NCBI RefSeq assembly: GCF_902652985.1
Contig: NC_047022.1
Span: 45,198,001-45,262,000, forward strand
Length of the DNA stretch: 64,000 bases
Direction of reading: 5' to 3'
DNA from: Pecten maximus
Taxonomy: Eukaryota
Positions 51,201 to 64,000 of this stretch are shown piece by piece (the first letter of the stretch is position 1; each line of letters begins with the position of its first letter). Under the pieces are notes generated by a model, which was given only the letters and a program-made list of their open reading frames with translations, ran no database searches and was not told where the DNA came from. The position numbers and the translations under genes are program-made.

Positions 51201-54189
51201 CAAACTTATTCAAAGTACCTGGATTACTTTTTGTTTATATGGGTTACTCACAAAAGTATTTATCACACCATTAACCGATTAGATTGATTCATATAATGCA
51301 GTAGTTGAACACAAGCAGTTCATTTTTCCTTTTGGTGATTTTTAAGGAAGTTATGTCCCTTTACCAAGATTGGTGGTGCACAATTTATATTACAAATAAT
51401 TGCTCATACTTGCCAACTTTCCCGATTTAGTCGGGAATTTCCCGATTCCAGACTCCCTGCCCCGTCTCCCGATCGTATAGATAAAACATAGTGTATTCTC
51501 CCGATTTTGGAGAATATGTCTTGATAACCCCGTATGGAGCCCCTATTCATCTTGTTAGTTTGATTTAGGCCTATGACAGGTAACGCTTGCTGGCTAGTGA
51601 AAGACGTGTGGGGCATTGGTCTGTGAACTGACCTGCTTACAGACCGTAACGAAATTCTGACACTTCACTGACTGCAAGGGTGACAATACCCCGATAAATA
51701 AACAATTAATTAAAACCAATTAAGCTGAGGACGCGTGGTGATGGTTTTGTAGCAGGTCAGTCATGGTTGATTAAACGCTTGTAAATGGCTTCGTATACTG
51801 CCTTTGATGTCAAGCGCATAAACGACCTCTACTTGACAGTATATCTCGGACAGAAAAAGTGAAAACAACACTGGCAATGTTATCAACGGAGTATCAAATT
51901 TGACAGATTACTTATTGAAATTTTAACTACATTTAAACATTGGCTGATCTTTAGATAATTAGCACAAGGAAATAAATTCACAATAACGACCATATAGACC
52001 GAAGGCCTGGTTACCGGTAGGTAACGTCGTTTCAATCACCGTAGCATCAGCATACTTAGTTTCAATTAGCAGAGACTTATTTTGGCAGAAACTTTCCCAA
52101 TTCACATTTTGAAAGACAAAAACATGTCCACAAATACTCACTTTCTTAAACTAAATACTGTCATGTTGAAACTTTGAATTTAAGTACATATGTATCAGTC
52201 CCCACCTACAAAGTACTGAGTTGTAAGCCTAAATTGATTACAACTGCTGGTACAGCCCTTTTTTTTTTTTTTTTTTTGAAATTTCATTCAGATATTATAT
52301 TGTACTCTAGATATTTATCGTGACATTTTAGGTATTTTCTTTTGAAGTTTACTGCTGGAGAGAAATTAAAGCTTGATAGAAGGTGATATCATTGTGATAA
52401 TTTGCATTTAATTGACTGACATCTATCTTACAACATAATTTTCATAACATATCTACCTGGTGAGTTAAATCATTTCCAGAAATAATTAAAAATGATGTAA
52501 TTTTGCAGCTATTTTTTTGTAACATGTTGCTTATATAATTATCTTTCCAAACTTGAATAAAAAAGATCATTGGCCAAGCTTGAAATAAGTTTTCCCCCCC
52601 TTTTTTTCAGTGAGGGAAGGAAGTTTAAGTGTTCATGCAAGGAATTTATTTTCCAATAGCAAATTATCTCCCCTTAGTTTTTGTTTGCTAAATGTGTCGC
52701 GCGTGAAATGTGTTTTCCGGTCAAAAATGTCGCTCACGCACTTTCTCCCCCATGAGAATTTTAAAAAGTTGGCAAGTATGATTGCTATATAGCTGTAATT
52801 AAGTGCTAGTTTTAGAATCTACTTTGAAATACCTATCAAATGCTGTATGACCATTATACTCTCTCCTGATAACAGAATGGCTGGCAGAAGTGGGGTGGAC
52901 CCCATCCTGACTGGTATGCCAGGAAGTCGTCCTCACAACACCCGGACTGGTTCAACAGGAACATCAATACCATCAGGAGATGTAAATTAGTTTTACAGAC
53001 AGCAGTTTTAGATCCTGCTATCATATAATTTGTCTCGTCGCCCACCAACATTTATTTAAGGAGAGAACTTTCAATAGACTATGCCTGCATGATGTTAAAT
53101 TCTATTGATGGTTCTTTTCTGTCAAAAAAAAAATTTGTTCAAATTCAAAAATTCTAATTATCCCATAACTTCCGGTACATACTGACAAGTTCCTCTCTTC
53201 TACATAAGGATCACCACAGTTAAGATGTTTTTTCAGATATGAATCCATCAACAATAGCATGTATATTACAACCTATATTTAGATATTTTTATAATGACTT
53301 GGAATCAAGTCTGAAGTTTAAAACCTGTCTAATGATTCAGTTGTAGTATTGTCTAAAACCTGTCTAATGATTCAGGTGTAGTATTGTGTAATGATTCAGG
53401 TGTAGTATTGTGTAATGGTTCAGGTGTAGTATTGTGTAATGATTCAGGTGTAGTATTGTGTAATGATTCAGGTGTAGTATTGTCTAATGATTCAGGTGTA
53501 GTATTGTGTAATGGTTCAGGTGTAGTATTGTGTAATGATTCAGGTGTAGTATTGTGTAATGATTCAGGTGTAGTATTGTGTAATGATTCAGGTGTAGTAT
53601 TGTCTAAAACCTGTCTAATGATTCAGGTGTAGTATTGTGTAATGATTCAGGTGTAGTATTGTGTAATGATTCAGGTGTAGTATTGTGTAATGATTCAGGT
53701 GTAGTATTGTGTAATGATTCAGGTGTAGTATTGTCTCAAACCTGTCTAATGATTCAGGTGTAGTATTGTCTAATGATTCAGGTGTAGTATTGTCTAATGA
53801 TTCAGGTGTAGTATTGTCTAATGATTCAGGTGTAGTATTGTCTAATGATTCAGGTGTAGTATTGTCTAAAATGATTCAGAAAATACATCCCAATCCTGTA
53901 ATTGTGTTTCACAGCTGATTACAAAAAGGTCAACTGGCACTATGAGCGGCCATCCAAGCCAACAAGTCGGACGCACGATGACTTTGTACCCTACACAAAC
54001 GAGGTGATGCAGAAGGATGTCCTACGCCCAATGCCCCATAACAAGTCGTACCAGGGCAGGTTCACTTTTAAACAGCCATACCCTATGGAGATTCCCATGC
54101 CCAAGTGGGGTCTGTACAATCCACCTCACTATGAAGAACCAATCAGAATCGATCATTTCCCTCCTATTAAGTACGACGGATACAAGTGA
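48224..54189 (+). CDS. Uncharacterised 127-aa Pro/Tyr/Trp-rich protein, possibly ciliary/flagellar
   Basis: Exons 48224-48226 (ATG|GTAAGT), 52876-52981 (NGWQKWGGPHPDWY...) and 53915-54189 (DYKKVNWHYERP...YDGYK). Total 384 nt, open. Confidence 0.7.
48678..49100 (+). mobile_element. Miniature non-autonomous LTR retrotransposon (TRIM) with tRNA-like LTRs (Ajax-like)
   Basis: LTRs 48678-48836 and 48941-49100 (TGTAAC...GTTACA), PBS TGGCGCCCATGTAGGGAC, PPT GAGGGGGAGTA, 5-bp TSD ATTTT. LTRs contain TAGCTCGATCGG and GGTTCGATCC boxes. Confidence 0.88.
49160..49870 (+). mobile_element. Degenerate tandem array of a second tRNA-LTR miniature element family
   Basis: tRNA-like units ending TTCCTGTTA(CA), followed by PBS-like TGGTGCCATTGACC and PPT-like GAGGGGAGTAG; repeated about 2.5 times. 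Confidence 0.6.
50082..50670. repeat. 27-bp minisatellite
   Basis: ACTCCCACGGTAAGACCCCTCGTGTTT. Confidence 0.95.
51405..52780. mobile_element. Non-autonomous TIR element (hAT-like ends) with 6-bp TSD
   Basis: TIR CATACTTGCCAACTTT / AAAGTTGGCAAGTATG; ATTGCT at 51399-51404 and 52781-52786. Confidence 0.75.
53325..53878. repeat. 24-bp minisatellite (TAATGATTCAGGTGTAGTATTGTG)
   Basis: Tandem array. Confidence 0.95.
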
Positions 54190-56027
54190 GAAATGGACAG
54201 GATATTTATTTGTGTTGTAAAAAAGCAGGATATTCGTGATCAGCTCCCAAATGATGTCCAATTGTCGTGGAGTTTATGTAACATTTAAAAACTGTCAATG
54301 TTAATTATTAATCAGTAACGATGTGTTTAGGATGTCATTAAAGATACACAGTTCTACTTTTGATAAATTAATACTAGATTACGCCAAAACCAAAATTTTT
54401 ATTGATCAACATTTTATAAGGACAACTTAAACAGCATCTGTCTTAAAAAAATTATGTTAATGATAGCAAATCCTGCATGTATAAGTTCTGATATATAGTA
54501 TATGTGATATTTTATGTAGGTTTTATTTTATGTAGGGTTTTGTGATAATTGCATCATGTATGTCATAGATTGTATGATTGGATTAGAAAGATTTAAAATA
54601 GAAACAGTATGTTTAAATGAATAGTAAACTCATGGTTAAAATGAATTTAGAATAGATAGTAAACCTGTGGTTTCATTCAATATAAGATTAATAGTAAACT
54701 TATGGTTTAATTCAATTTAAGATAACTTTCCTATTTTGAATGATATACAAGATTTGTAATGTTTGTATATATGGCCACATCATCTGTTGGATATATCTTT
54801 CTAATACCTGTTTTTACTGAGTTTTGTTAATTTTACAGCTTTGAGACTGAATATTTATCACAAATAACCAACCTGGTTATTGAACTTCACTATCTACAGT
54901 ACAAATAACTGATGTGATTTTTTTTTTCTGTGCAACTTCCACTTCCAAGCTTAGGTGTTGAAAATGTGAATACAAAAGTTATTAAGTCTACCAGAGACCT
55001 ATATACTATTTAATATAGGTCTCTGAGTCTACACACTTCAAAAATCCTCAGAGAAATTCTCAAGTTTTACCTAAAGGATATATTATTTATGGTACCAAGA
55101 TTTAAATTTTTCTTTTCAAATTCCAGTCAACATTTCATTTCAATAGAACACAAATTGATTTGGTTCAATATTTTATAAACTGCTTTTATGAAAAGGATTC
55201 TCAATGATGACATTCTGTGTCTATAAATAGCTCTATGATGATATTCTACCTGTGTCTATAAATAGCTCTTTGATGACATTCTACCTGTGTCTATAAATAG
55301 CTCTATGATGACATTCAACCTGTACTTTCACTTTGTTTGATACACACCTGTTACTTTTATTGACACCTGTCTTTGTTTTTGTGTCCCTAGTCTAATAATT
55401 AATTTACCTTTATACATATATCTATTTATATATTAATACAAATTCTATTTCTATTGTGTGACTATTCATTTAATATTATATCAAATTTACGTAAATATTT
55501 TTTTATCTCTCTTAATATTCGACAGATTTTTATATTATTTGTGTGACGATCTATTCATTAAGATTAATCTTTAACATAGATATATATATATGTTATCTAT
55601 TAAAATTGGACAGATTTTGTTTGTCTAATTTTCAATATAAAGTATTTTTCATCTCTATTACGTTGTCCTGCTGCCTCCAGAATTTCAGGTCGAAATTATT
55701 TATTGGAAATTAGATTGTTGATCCCTCAGTTTTGTTCCTGGTGAAACCTACAACCAGATTGTTAGAGTTAACTTTTGTTTTTGTTTTTGTTGAGTCATGA
55801 TTATTGATATTTATTTCTACATGTAAGTGTGCAGTCTTAGAAATGGTGATCTAACTGAAATAACCTGTTCATGGCTTCGTTTCTATGTACTGTTTAGGTG
55901 TAGCACAGACTGCAAAGATGTATGTTAAAGTACACTATTAACATTTAAATTCTGGTAAATAGAGGTACTTAATTTTGTGAAGGGTCTATTTTTACAGCTG
56001 CTAGTGCATATGAAGATCAAATTTGTT

Positions 56028-56371
56028 GTTACATTGGTAAGATAAGATATGGTGTTACATCGGTAAGATAAGATATGGTGTTACATCGGTAAGATAAGAT
56101 ACGGTGTTACATCGGTAAGATAAGATATGGTGTTACATCGGTAAGATAAAATATGGTGTTACATCGGTAAGATAAGATATGGTGTTACATCGGTAAGATA
56201 AGATATGGTGTTACATCGGTAAGATAAAATACAGTGTTACATCGGTAAGATAAGATATGGTGTTACATCGGTAAGATAAAATACAGTGTTACATCGGTAA
56301 GATAAGATATGGTGTTACATCGGTAAGATAAGATATGGTGTTACATCGGTAAGATAAGATATGGTGTTACA
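56028..56371. repeat. 26-bp minisatellite (GTTACATCGGTAAGATAAGATATGGT)
   Basis: Tandem array. Confidence 0.95.
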
Positions 56372-57802
56372 GTGATAGTTACAAAGTTTTATGTCCCAAA
56401 CATAACAGGGGACTGCTATCAGCCTTGTTCCTCATTAACACGCTGAGAGTTTGATAAATCTTTTATTTCCACAACTTAAGTCATTTATTCAAAAGTGTCT
56501 GATAAAACAAAATTACCAATGATTCCTTTAGTGCTGTTTTTGATTCTCAAATAGATGATTTGAAATGTTGGTAATGTATCCAATAGTTTCGAAGAAGCTC
56601 TGTAATTTAGTTTACATTGAACTTCTTTGCCTACTAACAGTTTTGTAGAACAGTATGTTTACGCATTTTTAATTTTGTAAGGATGTTTTACCTACACTCA
56701 GTACCCATCACTGCTACTATTTATTGTTTATCTCCAGAATATCTGCAATCATCTTTTTATCATTGTTGTTTAACGAGTTTATCATCAACACTGTAATGCA
56801 ACTTTGTGAACATTGTTTTAAACTTTATAGTTTTGTTTTAACTCAAGTGTTAATTTTATTTTTTGATTGTTTTGACGTTATTAGAAGAGAAAAATATTGA
56901 ACATTCCTGACTTGGTACTTGCCTACAACTGTAGTTAAAGAAACTGTTGTTTATTTTATCGTTGTGTTTTGATTACTTTTGATTGTATTGTTAGCTTTCG
57001 ATAGTGAAGGGAAACACTTACAAACCTTCAGTCTGCTTCACATGATATGGATCAAGGGTTTGTTGAAAATCTTTGTGAAAATGTCAAGGTATATACATAA
57101 ATAGCTTTTCTAAACATCAACTTAATTAAAAGTTTATTTTCACCTAAGGGATCACATACTGAGTATTTTTAATTGATACAGTCTGAAATACCTACAGGGA
57201 AATTTGAAGAATGGTGTACCAGGTATTATAAATATATCGATTACTTATCTCATCACTATCACCTGGCAATTGAGGCAGACCTCCTTAAAGGTGGTAATTA
57301 GGTAGTGCTGTAATCTAGAATCCAGTAAATATATAGATTATTAGTTAACAAATATTCATATATTGCTTTATTGATCAGTAAAATAATTCAATAATAAAAA
57401 TGATTTTATTCATATATTTGTTTATTTTATTTGGTCTCAATCCTACATAAATGTCTGAAAGTTTCAGAAAACTTAACAATAAAATGAAAAAACAATCGGC
57501 TTACATAATGTATGTTTAAAATTCTGTCATGATTCACAGAGAGAACTCTAACACCTTATCATCTTATCCGACAAGCATTCTCCGCCTCTCCAAACATCTT
57601 ACACTTAAACATTGATCATCCAAGATTTCTCTTTCTTCTCGTCTATGCAGTTTGTTATGTGTTAAGATGATTTTATAGGCAAAAAGTCTGTAAGATAAGA
57701 TAATTTATATGAACACTGGTGACCTCTTTTCTCCTGTGTTGGTGTGTGATAAAGTATTAAAAAACACTGGAAAGTCCTCATCTCCCTGAAGGTAGAAACG
57801 AC

Positions 57803-60800
57803 TCAGAACATGGACCATCTCTCTTCCTCAAGGGGATCGTCCCCAATAAGGTAATCATCACAGTCAAACCCGTCAAGTTCAGGATCACCCCATTCTGTGT
57901 CGGATGTGATTTCGGCCCCGGCGGCCATGACAGACTGGTAGTGTTTCATCCCTGGTGACACTGCTTCACTCTCTAACTCCTCCTCCTCCTCATCACTACT
58001 GCTCTCTTCTGTAAAAACATGTTATAATCATTCAAGTCATCCACAAGGCCCGTGATAACCCTGGTATAAGGTTCATCAACGTAACGTACAGGTACACTAC
58101 AACACATTGTCTCTAAGTCAGGTCTCCATGTCAACATAAAATACAGGTACACTACAACACATTGTCTCTAAGTCAGGTCTCCATGACAACATACAATACA
58201 GGTACACTACAACACATTGTCTCTAAGTCAGGTCTCCATGTCAACATAAAATACAGGTACACTACAACACATTGTCTCTAAGTCAGGTCTTCATGTCAAC
58301 ATACGATACAGGTACACTACAACACATTGTCTCTAAGTCATGTCTCCATGTCAACATACAATACAGGTACACTACAACACATTGTCTCTAAGTCAGGTCT
58401 CCATGTCAACATACAATACAGGTACACTACAACACATTGTCTCTAAGTCAGGTCTACCTGGAGTACGATTGAAGTCTTACCTGGTGGTAACATGACCTCC
58501 CAGTCTACCTGGAGTACGATTGTAGTCTTACCTGGTGGTAACATGATCTCCCGGTCTACCTGGAGTACGAGTGTAGACTTACCTGGTGGTAACATGATCT
58601 CCCGGTCTACCTGGAGTACGATTGAAGTCTTACCTGGTGGTAACATGATCTCCCGGTCTACCTGGAGTACGATTGAAGTCTTACCTGGTGGTAACATGAT
58701 CTCCCGGTCTACCTGGAGTACGAGTGTAGACTTACCTGGTGGTAACATGATCTCCCGGTCTACCTGGAGTACGAGTGTAGACTTACCTGGTGGTAACATG
58801 ATCTCCCGGTCTACCTGGAGTACGATTGAAGTCTTACCTGGTGGTAACATGATCTCCCGGTCTACCTGGAGTACGATTGAAGTCTTACCTGGTGGTAACA
58901 TGATCTCCCGGTCTACCTGGAGTACGAGTGTAGACTTACCTGGTGGTAACATGATCTCCCGGTCTACCGGGAGTACGATTGAAGTCTTACCTGGTGGTAA
59001 CATGATCTCCCGGTCTACCTGGAGTACGAGTGTAGACTTACCTGGTGGTAACATGATCTCCCGGTCTACCTGGAGTACGATTGAAGTCTTACCTGGTGGT
59101 AACATGATCTCCCGGTCTACCTGGAGTACGAGTGTAGACTTACCTGGTGGTAACATGATCTCCCGGTCTACCTGGAGTACGAGTGTAGACTTACCTGGTG
59201 GTAACATGATCTCCCGGTCTACCTGGAGTACGATTGAAGTCTTACCTGGTGGTAACATGATCTCCCGGTCTACCTGGAGTACGAGTGTAGACTTACCTGG
59301 TGGTAACATGATCTCCCGGTCTACCTGGAGTACGAGTGTAGACTTACCTGGTGGTAACATGATCTCCCGGTCTACCTGGAGTACGAGTGTAGACTTACCT
59401 GGTGGTAACATGATCTCCCGGTCTACCTGGAGTACGAGTGTAGACTTACCTGGTGGTAACATGATCTCCCGGTCTACCTGGAGTACGAGTGTAGACTTAC
59501 CTGGTGGTAACATGATCTCCCGGTCTACCTGGAGTACGAGTGTAGACTTACCTGGTGGTAACATGATCTCCCGGTCTACCTGGAGTACGAGTGTAGACTT
59601 ACCTGGTGGTAACATGATCTCCCGGTCTACCTGGAGTACGATTGAAGTCTTACCTGGTGGTAACATGATCTCCCGGTCTACCTGGAGTACGATTGAAGTC
59701 TTACCTGGTGGTAACATGATCTCCCGGTCTACCTGGAGTACGAGTGTAGACTTACCTGGTGGTAACATGATCTCCCGGTCTACCGGGAGTACGATTGAAG
59801 TCTTACCTGGTGGTAACATGATCTCCCGGTCTACCTGGAGTACGAGTGTAGACTTACCTGGTGGTAACATGATCTCCCGGTCTACCTGGAGTACGATTGA
59901 AGTCTTACCTGGTGGTAACATGATCTCCCGGTCTACCTGGAGTACGAGTGTAGACTTACCTGGTGGTAACATGATCTCCCGGTCTACCTGGAGTACGAGT
60001 GTAGACTTACCTGGTGGTAACATGATCTCCCGGTCTACCTGGAGTACGAGTGTAGACTTACCTGGTGGTAACATGATCTCCCGGTCTACCTGGAGTACGA
60101 GTGTAGACTTACCTGGTGGTAACATGATCTCCCGGTCTACCTGGAGTACGAGTGTAGACTTACCTGGTGGTAACATGATCTCCCGGTCTACCTGGAGTAC
60201 GATTGAAGTCTTACCTGGTGGTAACATGATCTCCCGGTCTACCTGGAGTACGAGTGTAGACTTACCTGGTGGTAACATGATCTCCCGGTCTACCTGGAGT
60301 ACGAGTGTAGACTTACCTGGTGGTAACATGATCTCCCGGTCTACCTTGAGGTGAGGCATTGACAGGTTATACATGTTTAATGTTATGCTGCTGCCTGATG
60401 TGTCTAGGTGTTCCGGCTCCACAGACGTGCCTGTTGGAATCGAACATTAGTAACTGTATGTATGAACAGTTATATGTAGAAGCTACCTCCTTTTCCCTTC
60501 TTTCACTCTTCCTTCAAAACATTTAATAACTTTATATAACATTATATAGCAGGAGCAACCTGCAATTGTAATAATCCAAAATGGCCATATTCTTTGTCAT
60601 CCATAAAGTTCTTTCAATCAGGCTTGTATGCACAACTGGATACCAAGGGGAACTTCTAAATTCAGGGAGAATGACCCTTTGTAGCCATGTAGAAATTATC
60701 CTGTACAGAAAGTATCAGTTTAATCGGAAAAAATAAACTCAAGTTATTGAATGGAAATAATTTTCTATATTTAGCAACAGTGACCTTGATCTTTGACACA

Positions 60801-63218
60801 CAAAAGCAATCCGAAGCAAGCATTTTCAAAAAGAAAGCACTGTATAAAGTTTGCACTCAATTGGCCCAAAGGAAACCCATATTACTGAAAGGAAACTGAT
60901 TTTCTATTTACATGTATATTAACAGCAACCTTGACTTCTGACCTTTGATGTTGAAAAGTAATCCCAGCAAGAACTTCCAATAAGGAAGCACTGTACAGTG
61001 TTTGAGGTAGATCACTTTGAAGCAGGGGGGGGGGGGGGGGGGGGGGGTTGAGGCCCCAAAACCTTTTCACCATGGGTGTCTTTGATGAAAATACTAGTAC
61101 AATTCCTTTGATTGAAAATTTGCTTTAAGAACACGGACTGTAATCATGAATATCTCAAGTGCCACTTGTTCATGAAAATATGAAATACCTTGATTACATG
61201 TGATACCCATATAGGTGAAGCAGCTAACACGGACTGTAATCATGAATATCTCAAGTGCCACTTGTTCGTGAAAATATGAAATACCTTGATTACATGTGAT
61301 ACCCATATAGGTGAAGCAGCTAACACCTTAAATCTATACACTAACACTTATCTTATTGTCAGATTAAAACAAGAGTTCCACGGAATATACACTAACACTT
61401 ATCTTATTGTCAGATTAAAACAAGAGTTCCACGGAATATACACTAACACTTATCTTATTGTCAGATTAAAACTAGAGTTCCACGGAATATACACTAACAC
61501 TTATCTTATTGTCAGATTAAAACAAGAGTTCCACGGAATATATACTAACACTTATCTTATTGTCAGATTAAAACAAGAGTTCCACGGAATATATACTAAC
61601 ACTTATCTTATTGTCAGATTAAAACAAGAATTCCACAGAAATGGATGTTGCCTGCAAAGAAAGTTGGGTTATCGTAAGAAAACAAGTTTTCTATCTAAGT
61701 AACAGTGACCTTGACCTTCAGACCTGAAAAGTAATCCCAATCAAGTACTTTTGGTAAGGTAGATCTGTGATAAGTTTGAGTTTGATAGGTCAAGGGAACT
61801 GGAGTTATGGCACGGAAACCTCTGCGCAGGTGATGCCGCAACTGCCAACACTGACGCCAACAAAGTGATATCTATATATTTTCATACCATTTTCATTTTT
61901 CTAATTGATTCCCATTAATAACAATAGTTGCTCTACTTACCCCCAAGGACAATGGTGAGAAGTTTGGAATTTTCGCTCTACTTACCCCTAAGGACAATGG
62001 TGAGAGGTTTGGAATTCTCACTCTAGTTACCCCCCAGGACAATGGTGAGAAGTTTGGAATTCTCCCTGTACTTACCCCCCCAGGACAATGGTTAGAGGTT
62101 CTAGTTACCCCCCAGGACAATGGTGAGAGGTTCTAGTTACCCCCCAGGACAATGGTGAGAAGTTTGAAATTCTCCCTGTACTTACCCCCCCAGGACAATG
62201 GTGAGAAGTTTGGAATTGTCACTGTACTTACCCCCCAGGACAATGGTGAGAGGTTCTAGTTACCCCCCAGGACAATGGTGAGAGGTTTGGAATTCTCACT
62301 CTAGTTACCCCCCAGGACAATGGTGAGAGGTTTGGAATTCTCCCTGTACTTACCCCCCAGGACAATGGTGAGAGTTTGGAATTCTCACTGTACTTACCCC
62401 CCAGGACAATGGTGAGAGGTTTGAAATTCTCCCTGTACTTACCCCCCAGGACAATGGTGAGAGTTTGGAATTCTCACTGTACTTACCCCCCAGGACAATG
62501 GTGAGAGTTTGGAATTCTCGCTGTACTTACCCCCCAGGACAATGGTTAGAGGTTTGGAATTGTCACTCTACTTACCCCCCAGGACAATGGTGAGAGGTTT
62601 GGAATTGTCACTCTACTTACCTCCCATGACAATGGTGAGAGGTTTGGAATTCTCGCTGTACTTACCCCCCAGGACAATGGTGAGAGGTTTGAAATTCTCC
62701 CTGTACTTACCCCCCCAGGACAATGGTGAGAGGTTTGGAATTCTCACTCTACTTACCCCCCCAGGACAATGGTGAGAGGTTTGGAATTCTCACTCTACTT
62801 ACCCCCCAGGACAATGGTGAGAGGTTTGGAATTCTCACTCTAGTTACCCCCCAGGACAATGGTGAGAGGTTTGGAATTCTCACTGTATTTACCCCCCAGG
62901 ACAATGGTGAGAGGTTTGGAATTCTCACTCTACTTACCCCCCCAGGACAATGGTGAGAAGTTTGGAATTGTCACTCTACTTACCCCCCAGGACAATGGTG
63001 AGAGGTTTGGAATTCTCACTCTACTTACCCCCCCAGGACAATGGTGAGAAGTTTGGAATTGTCACTGTACTTACCCCCAAGGACAATGGTGAGAGGTTTG
63101 GAATTCTCACCAGTGTGTGTAGCTATAAACCTTTCCACACTCTGGTTACTGATGTCAAAGTTACCACTGAGGTCAAGAAGCTCAAGGTCATAGCAAATGT
63201 CAGCAAAAGTCATCATGG
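57803..63218 (-). CDS. Last three coding exons of a leucine-rich-repeat (F-box/LRR-like) protein; 5' part presumably beyond the window
   Basis: Exons 63218-63075 (FADICYDLELLDLSGNFDISNQSV...LTIVLG), 60430-60317 (GTSVEPEHL...IMLPP) and 58008-57803 (acidic tail ending EEERWSMF-stop). All phase 1, GT-AG. No F-box is seen in the window. Confidence 0.7.
58087..58455. repeat. 55-bp minisatellite
   Basis: TACAGGTACACTACAACACATTGTCTCTAAGTCAGGTCTCCATGTCAACATA. Confidence 0.95.
58453..60346. repeat. 51-bp satellite, ~37 copies, containing a splice donor
   Basis: Minus-strand unit GTAGACCGGGAGATCATGTTACCACCAG|GTAAGTCTACACTCGTACTCCAG, with two main variants. Confidence 0.97.
61129..61635. repeat. ~97-bp duplication followed by a 51-bp unit x6
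   Basis: Directly visible. Confidence 0.9.
61930..63111. repeat. ~45-bp satellite containing a splice donor
   Basis: Minus-strand unit GTGAGAATTCCAAACCTCTCACCATTGTCCTGGGGG|GTAAGTA. Confidence 0.95.
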
Positions 63219-63394
63219 CTGAAATAGCAATGAGTTAAAGAATTTTGTAGAATTATGGACTTTTTTAGTTACTTCATCACAAATAAAATAAACATCCAAT
63301 ACTATTGTAATCAGGACGCCTTCTGGTTCTTTTCTATTTGATAATTAAAAATGTCTATATTCATCATGTCAGTAATAAAAAATTCAGGAATCAA

Positions 63395-64000
63395 GGGGCC
63401 ATAACTCTATAGAGAAATGAACAAAGGGCCATAACTCTATAGAGAAACAAGAAGCCCCTGGGCCTTAACGGTCATCTGACTCTAAATTAAAGACCCTTAT
63501 AATATTGTAGTATGCATTCTCTGCAGGTTTAGTGGCACTGTTGGCCATGGTGGCCATCTTGGATTTCTGACCTACCTTAAACATAATAACACTTGGCCAT
63601 GACCATCTCAGGATCATTTCTGGTAAGTTAGAGCCAAATCCCACGCCGTGGCTGCCATTTCAAAAGTTTTTACAAGGCCGAAAAATAACAAAACTTTGTT
63701 GGCTCCCCTTCCTTAACATCCTCACCAATTTCCAGCTCAATCGCACCAGTGGAACTGGAGAAGAAGTTTAAAATGTGTTTTTCAAGATGGCTGCCATGGC
63801 AGCCATCTTGGATTTCTGACTGACCTGATAAATAACAAAACTTGGCCAGAAACATCTCAGGATCATTTCTGGTAAGTTAAAGCTGAATCCCACTGGTGGA
63901 ATTTGAGAAGAAGTTTGAAATAGGTATTGTTCAGGAAAACCATGATTGCGCAATCATTTTACAAAATGGCCACCATGGCTGCCATGTCAAAGTTTTTACG
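63395..64000. mobile_element. Interspersed repeat with internal duplications (Helitron-type non-autonomous element suspected)
   Basis: Repeated GGCCATAACTC, CAGGATCATTTCTGGTAAGTTA and ATGGCTGCCATGGCAGCCAT motifs; family not established. Confidence 0.35.

Noticed and set aside
58443-60422. 659-aa and 620-aa repeat ORFs
   Set aside because: Produced by a 51-bp satellite that is open on both strands; only 60317-60430 looks like a real exon.

Overview
Eukaryotic, AT-rich, intron- and satellite-rich window whose repeats resemble those of a bivalve mollusc (inference). The left 27 kb holds two tandem minus-strand paralogues, rebuilt exon by exon from splice sites and phases. Each encodes a 2A/StopGo-like leader (LLLRIQGIEPNPG|P), a low-complexity linker, a RHIM-like segment, an nSTAND3-type P-loop NTPase and ~60-aa ankyrin-like repeats, and each has a near-identical triple-GAAA ISRE-like element upstream. 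This candidate immune-receptor architecture is the main finding. Also present: a frameshifted Tc1 (DD34E) transposon; a secreted Gly/Tyr-rich structural protein gene with a young 60-bp-TIR/9-bp-TSD element at its 3' end; a head-to-head pair of small Pro/Tyr/Trp-rich genes around an RFX X-box-like site; miniature LTR elements with tRNA-like LTRs; the last three exons of an LRR (F-box/LRR-like) gene; and about 20 minisatellites, three of which are amplified exon-end + 5' splice-site junctions. All gene models were derived by eye and have no transcript support here.
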